DNA from: Histomonas meleagridis 2922-C6/04-290x
Lineage: Eukaryota > Protista > Parabasalia
NCBI GenBank assembly: GCA_020184695.1
Contig: JAANOX010000085.1
Span: 186,001 to 250,000, forward strand
Length of the DNA: 64,000 nucleotides
Direction of reading: 5' to 3'
Part shown: piece by piece, positions 11,047-20,524 of the stretch
How the letters are laid out: every line of letters begins with the position of its first letter
Numbering within the stretch: the stretch's first letter is position 1
Translations under genes and position numbers: made by a program
Notes under the pieces: model-generated
Told to the model about the DNA's origin: nothing
Database searches by the model: none
The model's input: only the letters and a program-made list of their open reading frames with translations

Positions 11047-13385
11047 ATGCAAAGCCCTCACAAAGGAAGAAATTGGGAAGTTCTTGTAATGATTCAAAGA
11101 ATTATTTTTGGTCTAAATAAGGAAAATATTTCTAAATCAATACTTTCAATAATCGATATATTTAATGAAAATTATTCATATTCTTTTAATCTGGTTATAT
11201 CTCAAATAATATATACTTCATTTGTTGATCAAATAAATGACATTCACAATATTTTTAATTTTATGAAGGAGTTCGATACATATCAAGAAAGATGTAAAAT
11301 CAAATATAAAATATTTGATGTTTTTTCTCGTTTTCTTAAAGTCGAATTTATTTGTGAAAAAAATTATCTATTAAATGAAATGATCAAATGTGGTTTTACT
11401 AAACCAGATTTTTTCTATATCGATAGCCCATATTTTGCGCACATTTCAAACAAAAAAATCGACCTATTATATTTTACTGGTAAATTTGATTTTTTCTATG
11501 ATAATTATATGAAACTTAAAGAAAATGATTGGGAACTTCATAAGAAATATATTGAAGATGGAGTTAATACGAATGAAATTGCAACAATAATTCGAAATGA
11601 TGAAATAGATAAACTTCAAGAAATGTCATCACAACCAAATTTTGATTTTAATCAAACAATTGAACCTTCACTTTATGAAAGATGTTCATTTATTAATGAA
11701 GAGGATGTTACATTAATTGATTATGCAGCATTTTTTTCTTCAGTTAAATGTTTTAAATATTTACTTATGAATGGTGCAAAAGTCGAAAATACAGGTAAAT
11801 ATGCAATTGCAGGAGGAAATGAAGAAATCATTCATTTATGTGAACAAAATAATTCATCATTTGAAGAAGCATATGAGACAGCAATTGAATTCCAACGTAA
11901 TGATATCTTTAAATATATTTATGAAAATAAAATAGGTAAAATTAATAATCTAGAAGAATTAGGCACTGTATGTGTTTTAAATCATAACTATGAAATTTTT
12001 GTATTTTTAGAAAAAGAGGGAATGAAAATCAATGATTCGATTATTAAAGAATCAGCACTTATTGGCAATATATTTCTTCTTAAATCTTTTCTTAATAAAA
12101 ATCAAATCCCAAATGGTATGTTAGTTTTTTCAACAATATCAGGAAATATTGAACTTGTTGAATATATTTTAAAACAAGAAGGTATCGATATTAATGAAAA
12201 AGATATTTATATCTAGGAATTGAAATTTATTTTAATAATTTGATATCTTAAATTAATTTTTGAAAATTGTTTAAATTATTTAGAACATCACTTATTAATG
12301 CTTCATATAATGGTGATTTAAAAATAGTTAAATTACTTCTCGGACAAAAAGGAATTGATATTAATGTTAAAGATATTTATTTCTTTTGTTTAAGATAAGT
12401 TTTAATAATTTAATGTTCCAAAATAATATTTGGAATTTATACAAAATATTTAATACAGCATTTATTGAAGCATCTTATAATGGTCACACTGAAATAATGA
12501 AAATACTTCTTAAACAAGAAGGAATTGATATGAATGAAAAAAATGTTTATCAACTTTATTTAAAATTTATTTTAATATTTTAACACTCCATAATAAGTTT
12601 TGGAAATTATACAAAATATATGAAACACCACTTTTTTGCTCATCTCAAAATGGTTATATTGAAGCAGTTAAATTACTTCTTGAACAAGAAGGAATTGATA
12701 TTAATGCTCAAGATATTTATTTATTTTATTTAATATTTATTTTAATAATTTTGGATTACAAAATAATATTCGAAAATTATTTAAATTATTTATGACAGCA
12801 CTTATTAGAGCATCTGAAGAAGGTTATATAGAAATAGTCAAATTACTTCTTAAACAAGAAGGAATTGATATTAATGCTAAAGATATTTATTTGTTTTATT
12901 TAAAATTTATTTTGATAATTTAATGTTTCAAAATAATATTCGAAAATTATTTAAATTATTTATGACAGCACTTATGTATGCATCTGAAAAGGGTTATACA
13001 GAAATAGTTAAATTACTTCTTGAACAAGAAGGAATTGATATTAATGCTAAAGATATTTATTTGTTTTATTTAGAATTTATTTTAATAATTTCTTATTTCA
13101 AAATAATATTTGGAAATTATTTAAATTATTTTGGACAGCACTTATGTATGCATCTGAAGAAGGTCATACAGAAATAGTTAAATTACTTCTTGAACAAGAA
13201 GGAATTGATATTAATGCTAAAAATATTTATTTGTTTTATTTAGAATTTATTTTAATAATTTCTTATTTCAAAATAATATTTGGAAATTATTTAAATTATT
13301 TTACACAGCACTTATTATAGCATCTGATAATGGTTATACAGAAATAGTAGATTTACTATATACAGAAAAAAAAATGAAATATTAA
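11047..13385 (+). CDS. DUF3447-type ankyrin-repeat protein whose repeats are interrupted by seven 80-nt spacers (predicted 620 aa if 68 nt are removed from each)
   Basis: Exon 1 is 11047-12204 (386 aa, ends GIDINEKD). Six stop-free 90-nt ankyrin segments start at 12285, 12455, 12625, 12795, 12965 and 13135. Terminal segment 13305-13385 (26 aa + TAA). Confidence 0.75.
12205..13304 (+). repeat. 170-nt tandem array: 80-nt AT-rich spacer plus 90-nt ankyrin-coding unit, 7 spacers
   Basis: Spacers at 12205-12284, 12375-12454, 12545-12624, 12715-12794, 12885-12964, 13055-13134 and 13225-13304, each counted as exactly 80 nt. Confidence 0.95.
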
Positions 13386-13591
13386 ATACAAAAATATAAA
13401 TAAGCAATAAAAAAAATATTTTGTTATTTGAATTCAATTAGAATTATTTCAATAACCAGAGTTACATATGTAGCGATAACTTTTTGTAAAATTTAATAGA
13501 ATTTAAATAAGTATGGATACACAAGTATATTCAAAAAACATTGGACCGTTTAGACATCTTATATAAACGGGTTCCAATATTCCGCCTAAAA

Positions 13592-14278
13592 ATGAGTGAT
13601 TTTGGCTCGAGACATAAGCTTTCCCGAAGTCATTCCAAGAGGATCAAAGGGGAAAGTGATTCTACTTTTCTTCATCTTACTCGAGCCAAACCCATCTACG
13701 TACCCAAATCGATTACCTTTACTCGTGATTCGACACCACGAACCCAACAAGCTTTTCTTGTTGAAAATAGCTGGATAACTTTAAGCGATTCACTTTCTCA
13801 TTTAATTTCCCATGAAAGTGCCATGATTAATGAATATCATGCACAACATATTTTCCCACCACCTGCAGATACATCAGTTGAAGCATTTCTCCAACACTTT
13901 GAACGTGATTCTATTAATCTTGATGATCTAGAGCAATGTGAAATGCTTAAAGCATTTTGCATATCATTTTCATCAATGTTTTCACAACATGTTCCATATT
14001 TCTTATTATATGAAAAAGAAATGACTTATAGTGAACTCATCAAACAAGACCCTATCAGAAACTCGCCTGCTATTTTTTTGTTAAGATTTTTTTACTTTTT
14101 GCCAACAATGCTTAAGTCAGAAAAACCCGATTCAGAGCCATCAAAGCGTTTCCAAGAATACTTAAAACTAATGGTCGACTTCGCAACAAAGAATGCTGAC
14201 CTGTATTTTGTTATGCCGGAACAACAGTCACAAATGAAATCGAACTCGAAGATCACTCTTGTTTTGAACAAAGCATAA
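13592..14278 (+). CDS. MRG-domain (MRG15/Eaf3-like) chromatin protein
   Basis: Likely ATG at 13592. PPPADTSVEAFLQHF, FLLYEKEMTYSEL, SPAIFLLRFFYFLPTML and VDFATKNADLYF parallel the MRG-domain motifs LP-A--V--IL--Y, LLY--E, G--HLLRLF and FL--N---LF. Confidence 0.6.
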   Translation: MSDFGSRHKLSRSHSKRIKGESDSTFLHLTRAKPIYVPKSITFTRDSTPRTQQAFLVENSWITLSDSLSHLISHESAMINEYHAQHIFPPPADTSVEAFLQHFERDSINLDDLEQCEMLKAFCISFSSMFSQHVPYFLLYEKEMTYSELIKQDPIRNSPAIFLLRFFYFLPTMLKSEKPDSEPSKRFQEYLKLMVDFATKNADLYFVMPEQQSQMKSNSKITLVLNKA

Positions 14279-14679
14279 ATATTATATTAAATACCAAAAT
14301 ATATTTAATTTGTGTTGGTAAATATCTAAAAAAATTTTAACGAGTTTTAAATTTGTGTTATGTTAATGGAAAATAATATTTTGTTTTTTTAAGAATTTTT
14401 AAACATGATTAAAATTTATTCGAGTAAATGCATATTGTTTAAGTAATGTTTATAATTATCATTTTTCATAGTTTCTTTTTGATGAAAACCTTTTATCATA
14501 TATGTTAAAAACTCAAACAACAACAAATACTTTACAACTAACAAGTTATGCTCTAATGTTTTCATTAATTGATGGAATTAACTTGTTAAATATACCTCAC
14601 AAATAAAAATGAATTTAATCTATTTAAATATATATTAACAATTATTTACATAATTAACCAAAAGGGAAATCCACCAAGC

Positions 14680-15978
14680 CTAAGAAATTATATTATTGTT
14701 CAAATCATCAAATTGAGAGAAAATTGTTTTAAAGTTTTTAGGATATTCAACATTATCCTTAACTTCAAACGGGTTCAATTTTACTCTTTCAGTTTCTGTA
14801 AGTTCAATATGTTCTTTTCTCACTACCTCTATTAATCTTTCAATTTCTAGTTTTGGAATACTTGGATTATACCTTTGACAAAGTGCATCAGCAAGTAAGA
14901 ATCCAATTTGTTGAATATTATTTATTTCTTTTTCATTATTATTAATTTTTTCTAATGTTATATTTAATTGATCTTTTAATTTCATTTTTTCTGTTTCGAT
15001 TCTTACGCATTCATAATCTAATTTTTTATTTTCTTTTTTTAATGCTTCAATTTCAGTTTCCATTTTTTCCATTCGTTTTTGTAAATCATTATATTTTGTT
15101 TGTATTGAAATGTTTTCTATTTCTTTTTCTTGAAGAAGACTTGATAATTGTAAATCAGATTCATTTATAGTTGAAAGTTTTTGTTGAAGTTGTTGATTAC
15201 TTTTCTTTAATGAAATATTTTCTGTTTGAAGAATTGATACTTGTGTTTGTAACAAATCATTACTATCAAATGATTGACTTTGTTCTGTTTTTAATCTTTC
15301 AACTTCTAATTGGAGTGATTGTATTGATCTTTCTGATTCATCAAGTTTGCTCCTAAGAATAAATTTGTCTGAATTATTTAGCTCTTTCTCTTTTTGTAAA
15401 AGTGAATTTCCAAAATCAGATAGTTCGGCTTTGATTTTGTTTAAATTGTTTTCTCTAATTTTGTTTAAATCCTTCATTTTGCGAAGTTTGGATTTCAATA
15501 TTTCGTTTTCCTTTCCGATACTATGTTTCATTTCATGCAGTTGTGATTGACAAATTGAAATTCTTTTTTGAAATTTTTCAACAATTGCTGTTAAATCATT
15601 CATTTGATTAGGTACCCATTGTATAAATGAGATAATTTCGGTAGGTGATTCAGGATTATTTTGATGAATTTTATTGATTGCTTCAATTAAAGCTTTACTC
15701 ACTTGAGGGTTTTTCCCTACTGCACGGATTGTTAATCTGTCGACAAGTAAATGAATAAATTTTGAAAGTTGTCCAATAGGATTCTTTTCTTCTTTAATTT
15801 CTTTTATTAATTGATCCGTAGTAAAAGAATCGTACCCAAGGCAGTATCTAATTTGTTCTGTAGATTTATTAATAATTTCATGGATTGCTTTCTCTAAGTT
15901 CTTTCTTTGTTCCATCTTATTAACGTACTTTAAAAATACCGCCAAAATGTTCAGGTTAATAAAACTTATTGTTTTCAT
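14680..15978 (-). CDS. Coiled-coil protein
   Basis: Long ORF with heptad-rich E/K/Q/L composition; the start may be the ATG at 15915. Confidence 0.8.
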   Translation of the reverse strand: MKTISFINLNILAVFLKYVNKMEQRKNLEKAIHEIINKSTEQIRYCLGYDSFTTDQLIKEIKEEKNPIGQLSKFIHLLVDRLTIRAVGKNPQVSKALIEAINKIHQNNPESPTEIISFIQWVPNQMNDLTAIVEKFQKRISICQSQLHEMKHSIGKENEILKSKLRKMKDLNKIRENNLNKIKAELSDFGNSLLQKEKELNNSDKFILRSKLDESERSIQSLQLEVERLKTEQSQSFDSNDLLQTQVSILQTENISLKKSNQQLQQKLSTINESDLQLSSLLQEKEIENISIQTKYNDLQKRMEKMETEIEALKKENKKLDYECVRIETEKMKLKDQLNITLEKINNNEKEINNIQQIGFLLADALCQRYNPSIPKLEIERLIEVVRKEHIELTETERVKLNPFEVKDNVEYPKNFKTIFSQFDDLNNNIIS

Positions 15979-16254
15979 ACTCACAAAGACAAAAATGACT
16001 TGTTAAAAAACTTGAGTTAAAAAGAAAATGAAATAATTTACTATTAAAAGAATATAGATGATTATCATCTTGATTAATTTGTGTAAGCCTTATTTGATTT
16101 TGCTAATACTCCACACAAACAAAAAATAGTTTATAGTATTGTGGTAATATTTCTTCGATTCTTATGTACTATTTATTTTTTTTTTAACTTGAAAAATTGC
16201 TCATTTGACTTTGGCATTTTATTTTGTGAGAAAATATTTTAGACATATTTTTGT

Positions 16255-17556
16255 TTGACCAGTATTAACTACAAACAAACAAAAAAATCAAAGACACCAA
16301 AAGGTTTTAGTCTAACAAACTCAGAACAAGAAACTCTTGATGATACTTTCACAGGTACATTTCAATTTGAAAAAATTTGTCAATTTTTTTTAGGTGCTTA
16401 TGAAACAAAAGATAAATTCCAGCTTTCTACGGCAATTAATGAGTTCATTGAATACTCCAAGTATTTGGAAAATCCTGTTCTTCCTTTTTTGTTTGATTAC
16501 CCAATCCTCAGGATTTTAATGGAATTTATTTCTGGTCCTTATTTCCCCGAAATGCAAAGCTTTATTACTTGTATTTCACTCTTTTTAGCACATGATGATG
16601 AAATCTCTGATTTTTTTGTAGAATCAAATTTTATTCAAATTTCCCGGAATCTTCTTCAACATGAAGAATTAGTTCCTCCTATTTTAGTGTCATTATCTAA
16701 TATTGCTAGTGTTTCTCCTGACTATCGCCATTTCATTTTAGAAAACGTCAGCATTGAATTTCTCGTAAACTTATCAAAAAGTTCTCTTCCACTTTTGGCC
16801 CAATTATCCAAAAACGCAAATGAAATTCAACGTCCATATCTACTACTAAATTATTTTATTTCTTTTTATAACACACCTGAGTCAATTAATGCTTTATGGG
16901 GCACACATTATTTATTAACAAATTTAAAAATTGATTTAACATTATTCCAAATTCAATTTATTCCAATGTTTTTACCACTTTTATCAGATCCTACTAATAT
17001 ACAAATGAATAGCATTGGCTGTATTCTTCTTACTGATTTAGCACAACATAATTTTCCGGGATTTTCCGAATTTGATATTTCGATTCTTATTCCATTTCTT
17101 AACTCCGAAAACACAGCGCTTGTTAAAACAGCGTCAACATGTTTAAAAGAAATCATTAAAAAGCAATCGGAAGAAAAAACATTCAAATTTCTTCTTGATA
17201 TTATTGAAGCTTCAACTTTTATTGTTAAGAAAGAAATTATCGAAATTATATATTCATTAATAATTCATTCGACTTCTGATCAATGCGTTATGTTCATCGA
17301 TAATGGATTGTTTCCGTTCATTTCTTTCTGCTTGGATTTTGATGAAGTTATTTTGGTGAAAAATTCAATCGAAATTTTAATAAAAATTTTTTCAACTTCA
17401 GAAGAAATTGGAAACGAAAAAAATTGTATAGAACTAATGGAATCAAACGAGATAATATCAAAAATAGAAAATTTGGATTATGATGAAGAAATAAGTTTCG
17501 AAATAAATTTGTTGCTTTCTTTAATAGAGAAATATAAACCTTTGTTTGATGAATAA
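16255..17556 (+). CDS. ARM-repeat (importin-alpha-like) protein; no in-frame ATG at the apparent N-terminus
   Basis: ARM-like helices (ILVSLSNIASVSPDYRHFIL; NALWGTHYL), family resemblance to the 21576 and 39351 proteins. Frame opens after TAG 16240 with TTG at 16255. Confidence 0.7.
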   Translation: MTSINYKQTKKSKTPKGFSLTNSEQETLDDTFTGTFQFEKICQFFLGAYETKDKFQLSTAINEFIEYSKYLENPVLPFLFDYPILRILMEFISGPYFPEMQSFITCISLFLAHDDEISDFFVESNFIQISRNLLQHEELVPPILVSLSNIASVSPDYRHFILENVSIEFLVNLSKSSLPLLAQLSKNANEIQRPYLLLNYFISFYNTPESINALWGTHYLLTNLKIDLTLFQIQFIPMFLPLLSDPTNIQMNSIGCILLTDLAQHNFPGFSEFDISILIPFLNSENTALVKTASTCLKEIIKKQSEEKTFKFLLDIIEASTFIVKKEIIEIIYSLIIHSTSDQCVMFIDNGLFPFISFCLDFDEVILVKNSIEILIKIFSTSEEIGNEKNCIELMESNEIISKIENLDYDEEISFEINLLLSLIEKYKPLFDE

Positions 17557-17640
17557 ATATTTTTAAATCGAATTTTTAATGACCTCAACAAGTAAATAGG
17601 TTAATTTATGAAACAATTTTTTAAGGTTTGGAACTTTTGA

Positions 17641-17876
17641 TTTTTCGTTACGAAAAGTTTTATCGTACTTTCTATTTTTGAATATCAGCCCAGTTTTTCA
17701 ATGAACAACTCGGTTTGAGGGAATAATAGAAATCATTCGTTGGTAGGTATATAATGCGGTCGGGATTATATACCTATTTTCGTTGGGACATCAGCGCTTC
17801 AAAGCATGATTTATCGACATTCATTGTTTTCTCTCAAATTAAAAGCACCAACATTCTTTGATCGAGCAACGAAATA
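17641..17876. ncRNA. Candidate structured non-coding RNA (family unknown)
   Basis: Intergenic, less AT-rich than its flanks. Perfect 12-bp hairpin 17744-17755/17765-17776 nested within stems 17730-17736/17806-17812 and 17713-17723/17829-17839. Confidence 0.4.
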
Positions 17877-18315
17877 AATACTCAATAAAACTAAATAAGG
17901 GATGCAAATATGATCATAGTTATATAATTTATTTTTCATATTCACTATCATACATATTTTTATGTTTTTTATATAACACTCACTACTAATTTGACAAGAA
18001 ATATATATAATACTATCTTAGGCAATATGAAAACTATTTTTTCATTTTACTTACATTATTTCATTCATTAATCTGCTATATTTATTAATATTTAAACATG
18101 TAGAAGATGAATGGTTATGTTATTTGCGCCCACTACATACAAATGTATAAATGATTGAAAACAGCTAGTCAGGGCACAATATTGTCAACACAATAATAAT
18201 ATTCTCCATTAAATGTATTTTATGGTTTTCTTCCTTAAACCATTTACATACTATGAGTGTTAAAGAACATTTATTAAGTATAATGCAAAGCTATAGCATG
18301 TATACATCAATTACA

Positions 18316-19500
18316 TTATAGTATGTCCTTTTTATAAGTCCTCGCAGCGCATTTCAGATCTGTACCATCGAAACCATATTTAAGGAAGTTTTGTATTTGT
18401 TTCATTGTTCCGTTCACTGTGAAATGTGTGTAGTACATTTCTCTAATTCTCTTTCTCATGCTTTCCAAATCGCTCTGATTCATTTTATCTATTTTATCGA
18501 GTACTTTTTCCAATCCGTCATTTCTTGTTACGAATCCGAAGTTACTCCAACCAATCGAATCATAATACGGCACCCACGGCACGTCATTATATATATAAAT
18601 TGGGATTAATCCCATTTGTAATGTCTCTGTTAATCTAAAAGAGTTTCTACCATTACCACGCGGACAAAGAACAGCTTTCGAATTCTTATATATTTCGATC
18701 CAATTTTTATTATTTGTTTGTCCACAATAGAATTTATTGCCGAGTTTTTTGGTCGCGATTTTCACCATTTCTTTTCGCACCGGATGTGTTCCAAAGCGGC
18801 CCATAAACACCGCAGTATAATTCGGGTTCGGATTCGGATTCACGATATTATAATCTTGCAAAAATAAGTTTATTGGAATATGTCCAATTCCACCGGGCGC
18901 TAATATTAATACATTTTCGGGAACTTTTATGTTTTTACTCGTTTCAAGTCCTTCGTCCAAACTACTTAATGTTATGTATAAGAAATCTTTGTTAATAAGT
19001 TTCCATAAGCCTTTAACAAATCGATAGTATGCGCCTCTTCCTTTGTTAAAGAATAAGTTGACATACTTAATGACAATTGGTACAAAAACACCAAATTCAT
19101 CAATGGACTTGTTATGGAATTCATCATACCAATATTCTTCAACTTGGCGACCACAATAACCTGAATAACATGTGCCTTTGACATTGGGATAATGCTTTTT
19201 GATGTAGTTTTGGATGATGTCATATTGCTCTTGTCTGGATTTGGAATCTGTAATGTAATGTGAACTTTGCGGAAGGTTCATACATTGCAAAATGGAATGA
19301 ATGGGATCGGGTTGATGCAATGGAATGTCATACCAAATGTTGGGAATTATCAGTGAATTGTTGTTAGATGAACATACCCAAAAAATAAGGAATATAATTG
19401 CGTTAAGAATCATATAAAATTTGCTTGTGAAGATGGACCTTCTGACTGTATTCGGCGCAAGGAATGACTTTATTTTGGTTAAGATACGTCGCACAACCAT
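18316..19500 (-). CDS. Exostosin-family (GT47) glycosyltransferase-like type II membrane protein
   Basis: N-terminal TM segment FYMILNAIIFLIFWVC; SKAVLCPRGNGRNSFRLTETLQMGLIPIYIYNDVPWVPY is the GT47 signature. Likely ATG at 19500. Confidence 0.85.
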   Translation of the reverse strand: MVVRRILTKIKSFLAPNTVRRSIFTSKFYMILNAIIFLIFWVCSSNNNSLIIPNIWYDIPLHQPDPIHSILQCMNLPQSSHYITDSKSRQEQYDIIQNYIKKHYPNVKGTCYSGYCGRQVEEYWYDEFHNKSIDEFGVFVPIVIKYVNLFFNKGRGAYYRFVKGLWKLINKDFLYITLSSLDEGLETSKNIKVPENVLILAPGGIGHIPINLFLQDYNIVNPNPNPNYTAVFMGRFGTHPVRKEMVKIATKKLGNKFYCGQTNNKNWIEIYKNSKAVLCPRGNGRNSFRLTETLQMGLIPIYIYNDVPWVPYYDSIGWSNFGFVTRNDGLEKVLDKIDKMNQSDLESMRKRIREMYYTHFTVNGTMKQIQNFLKYGFDGTDLKCAARTYKKDIL

Positions 19501-19802
19501 TCCGAAATAAACGGTCGATGGAGGTGGCACTTTTTTATAAGGATGGGCACATTGGAAGACAAAAAAATACTCATTAAATTAAAATTTTTGTTCAAACAAA
19601 GAAAGTACTGTCTGTGTAAAATATCCTATTTGGTTAAATAATTAGGTGATTTTATTTTAAACGTTTATAATATATTTACATAATATGACAATGGAATAAA
19701 TAATGTAAAAATGAGTGGTAAAAAGTTAAAATGGATATTCGTATGTTTTTACAAAGGTGTGGACACTACTTCCATTTATATTCCGCCAAAATAATTTTAA
19801 TA

Positions 19803-19833
19803 ATATTATATATATATATATATGTATATGTAT
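19803..19833. repeat. (TA)n/(TATG) microsatellite
   Basis: atattatatatatatatatatgtatatgtat read directly. Confidence 0.85.
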
Positions 19834-19835
19834 GG

Positions 19836-19895
19836 CTTTGGAGTTACCAAAAAGTATTGTGATGCTTGATTTTTTCTCATTGCTTAACTCATCAC
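19836..19895 (-). pseudogene. Isolated 60-nt copy of SMC5 coding sequence (7156-7215)
   Basis: 57/60 identical to 7156-7215 in the same orientation; encodes VMS*AMRKNQASQYFLVTPK on the minus strand. Confidence 0.9.
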
Positions 19896-20524
19896 AACGT
19901 CAGTTTTTGCTACGTAAAACATTTAAAAAATTGGAAAATATCATTTTGGAATTTATGTTTTACAAGCTTATGTAATAATTTTTTATTCGTTGTTTTAGAA
20001 TAATAAAATATGTTTTAATATCTAGAAGTTTGCCAGACAGATTTATCTTTTATATCTTATTTTTCGCAATAATAATGTTTCGAAACTAAAATAAAAATTT
20101 CTTGAAAATTCTCTGATAGAAATCGAAATAAATTATTATTTGGATAGCATAAAGTATATTTGTAAAAGTCAATTATTCGTTAAACAAAAATTTTACTGTG
20201 AATGGGTTTTGGAGGAATTTTAAAAAACCAAAATTGCTAACAAAGCATAATTATAACATACAAATGAAATAGAAAGATAGGTTCGAGAAAACAAGAGCTT
20301 TGCTGAATAGGATAAGTTTTTATCTATCAAGGATAAAGCTGCATGCAAAAAATTATTCCCTAACGTACAGATTTTTGACCGTTTAAAACCCGATGGATCA
20401 TTCCAATTTAACGTATCCCCACTTTTTAAATTTATTTTGATCCCACATGATGGGTAACCCCTTTATATTTAGCCCACTTTTTTCAATTCAAAAAGCTGAT
20501 GATTGAAACGGAAATTTTACTTCG

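Noticed and set aside
12386-13177. Short ORFs such as MFQNNIRKLFKLFMTAL... and ...IYLFYLEFILII (also 26016-26443) as separate small membrane proteins
   Set aside because: They are single ankyrin units read into flanking spacers; the hydrophobicity follows from T/A-rich codons, and stop positions within spacers are inconsistent.
12285-13310. The AG in ACAG (T-A codons) as a canonical 3' splice site, or AT- starts as U12 AT-AC introns
   Set aside because: The AG is absent in units starting ACATCA and ACACCA, and using it would destroy the Thr codon. There is no ATATCCTT 5' site or U12 branch site, and the minor spliceosome is not known in trichomonads.
12205-13385. 170-nt array as a CRISPR array or non-coding satellite
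   Set aside because: Eukaryotic context with no cas genes; the 90-nt parts translate as stop-free ankyrin repeats, and the spacers are related to each other rather than unique.
17660-17880. Assignment of the structured element to U3 snoRNA, U5, SRP or telomerase RNA
   Set aside because: Only fragmentary motif resemblances (GTACTTTC, GAGGGAA, GCTTTTAA); required boxes or template not found.
20340-20480. Mildly GC-rich patch with repeated CCCACTTTTT downstream of RPLP0
   Set aside because: No consistent fold or snoRNA boxes found; too weak to call.
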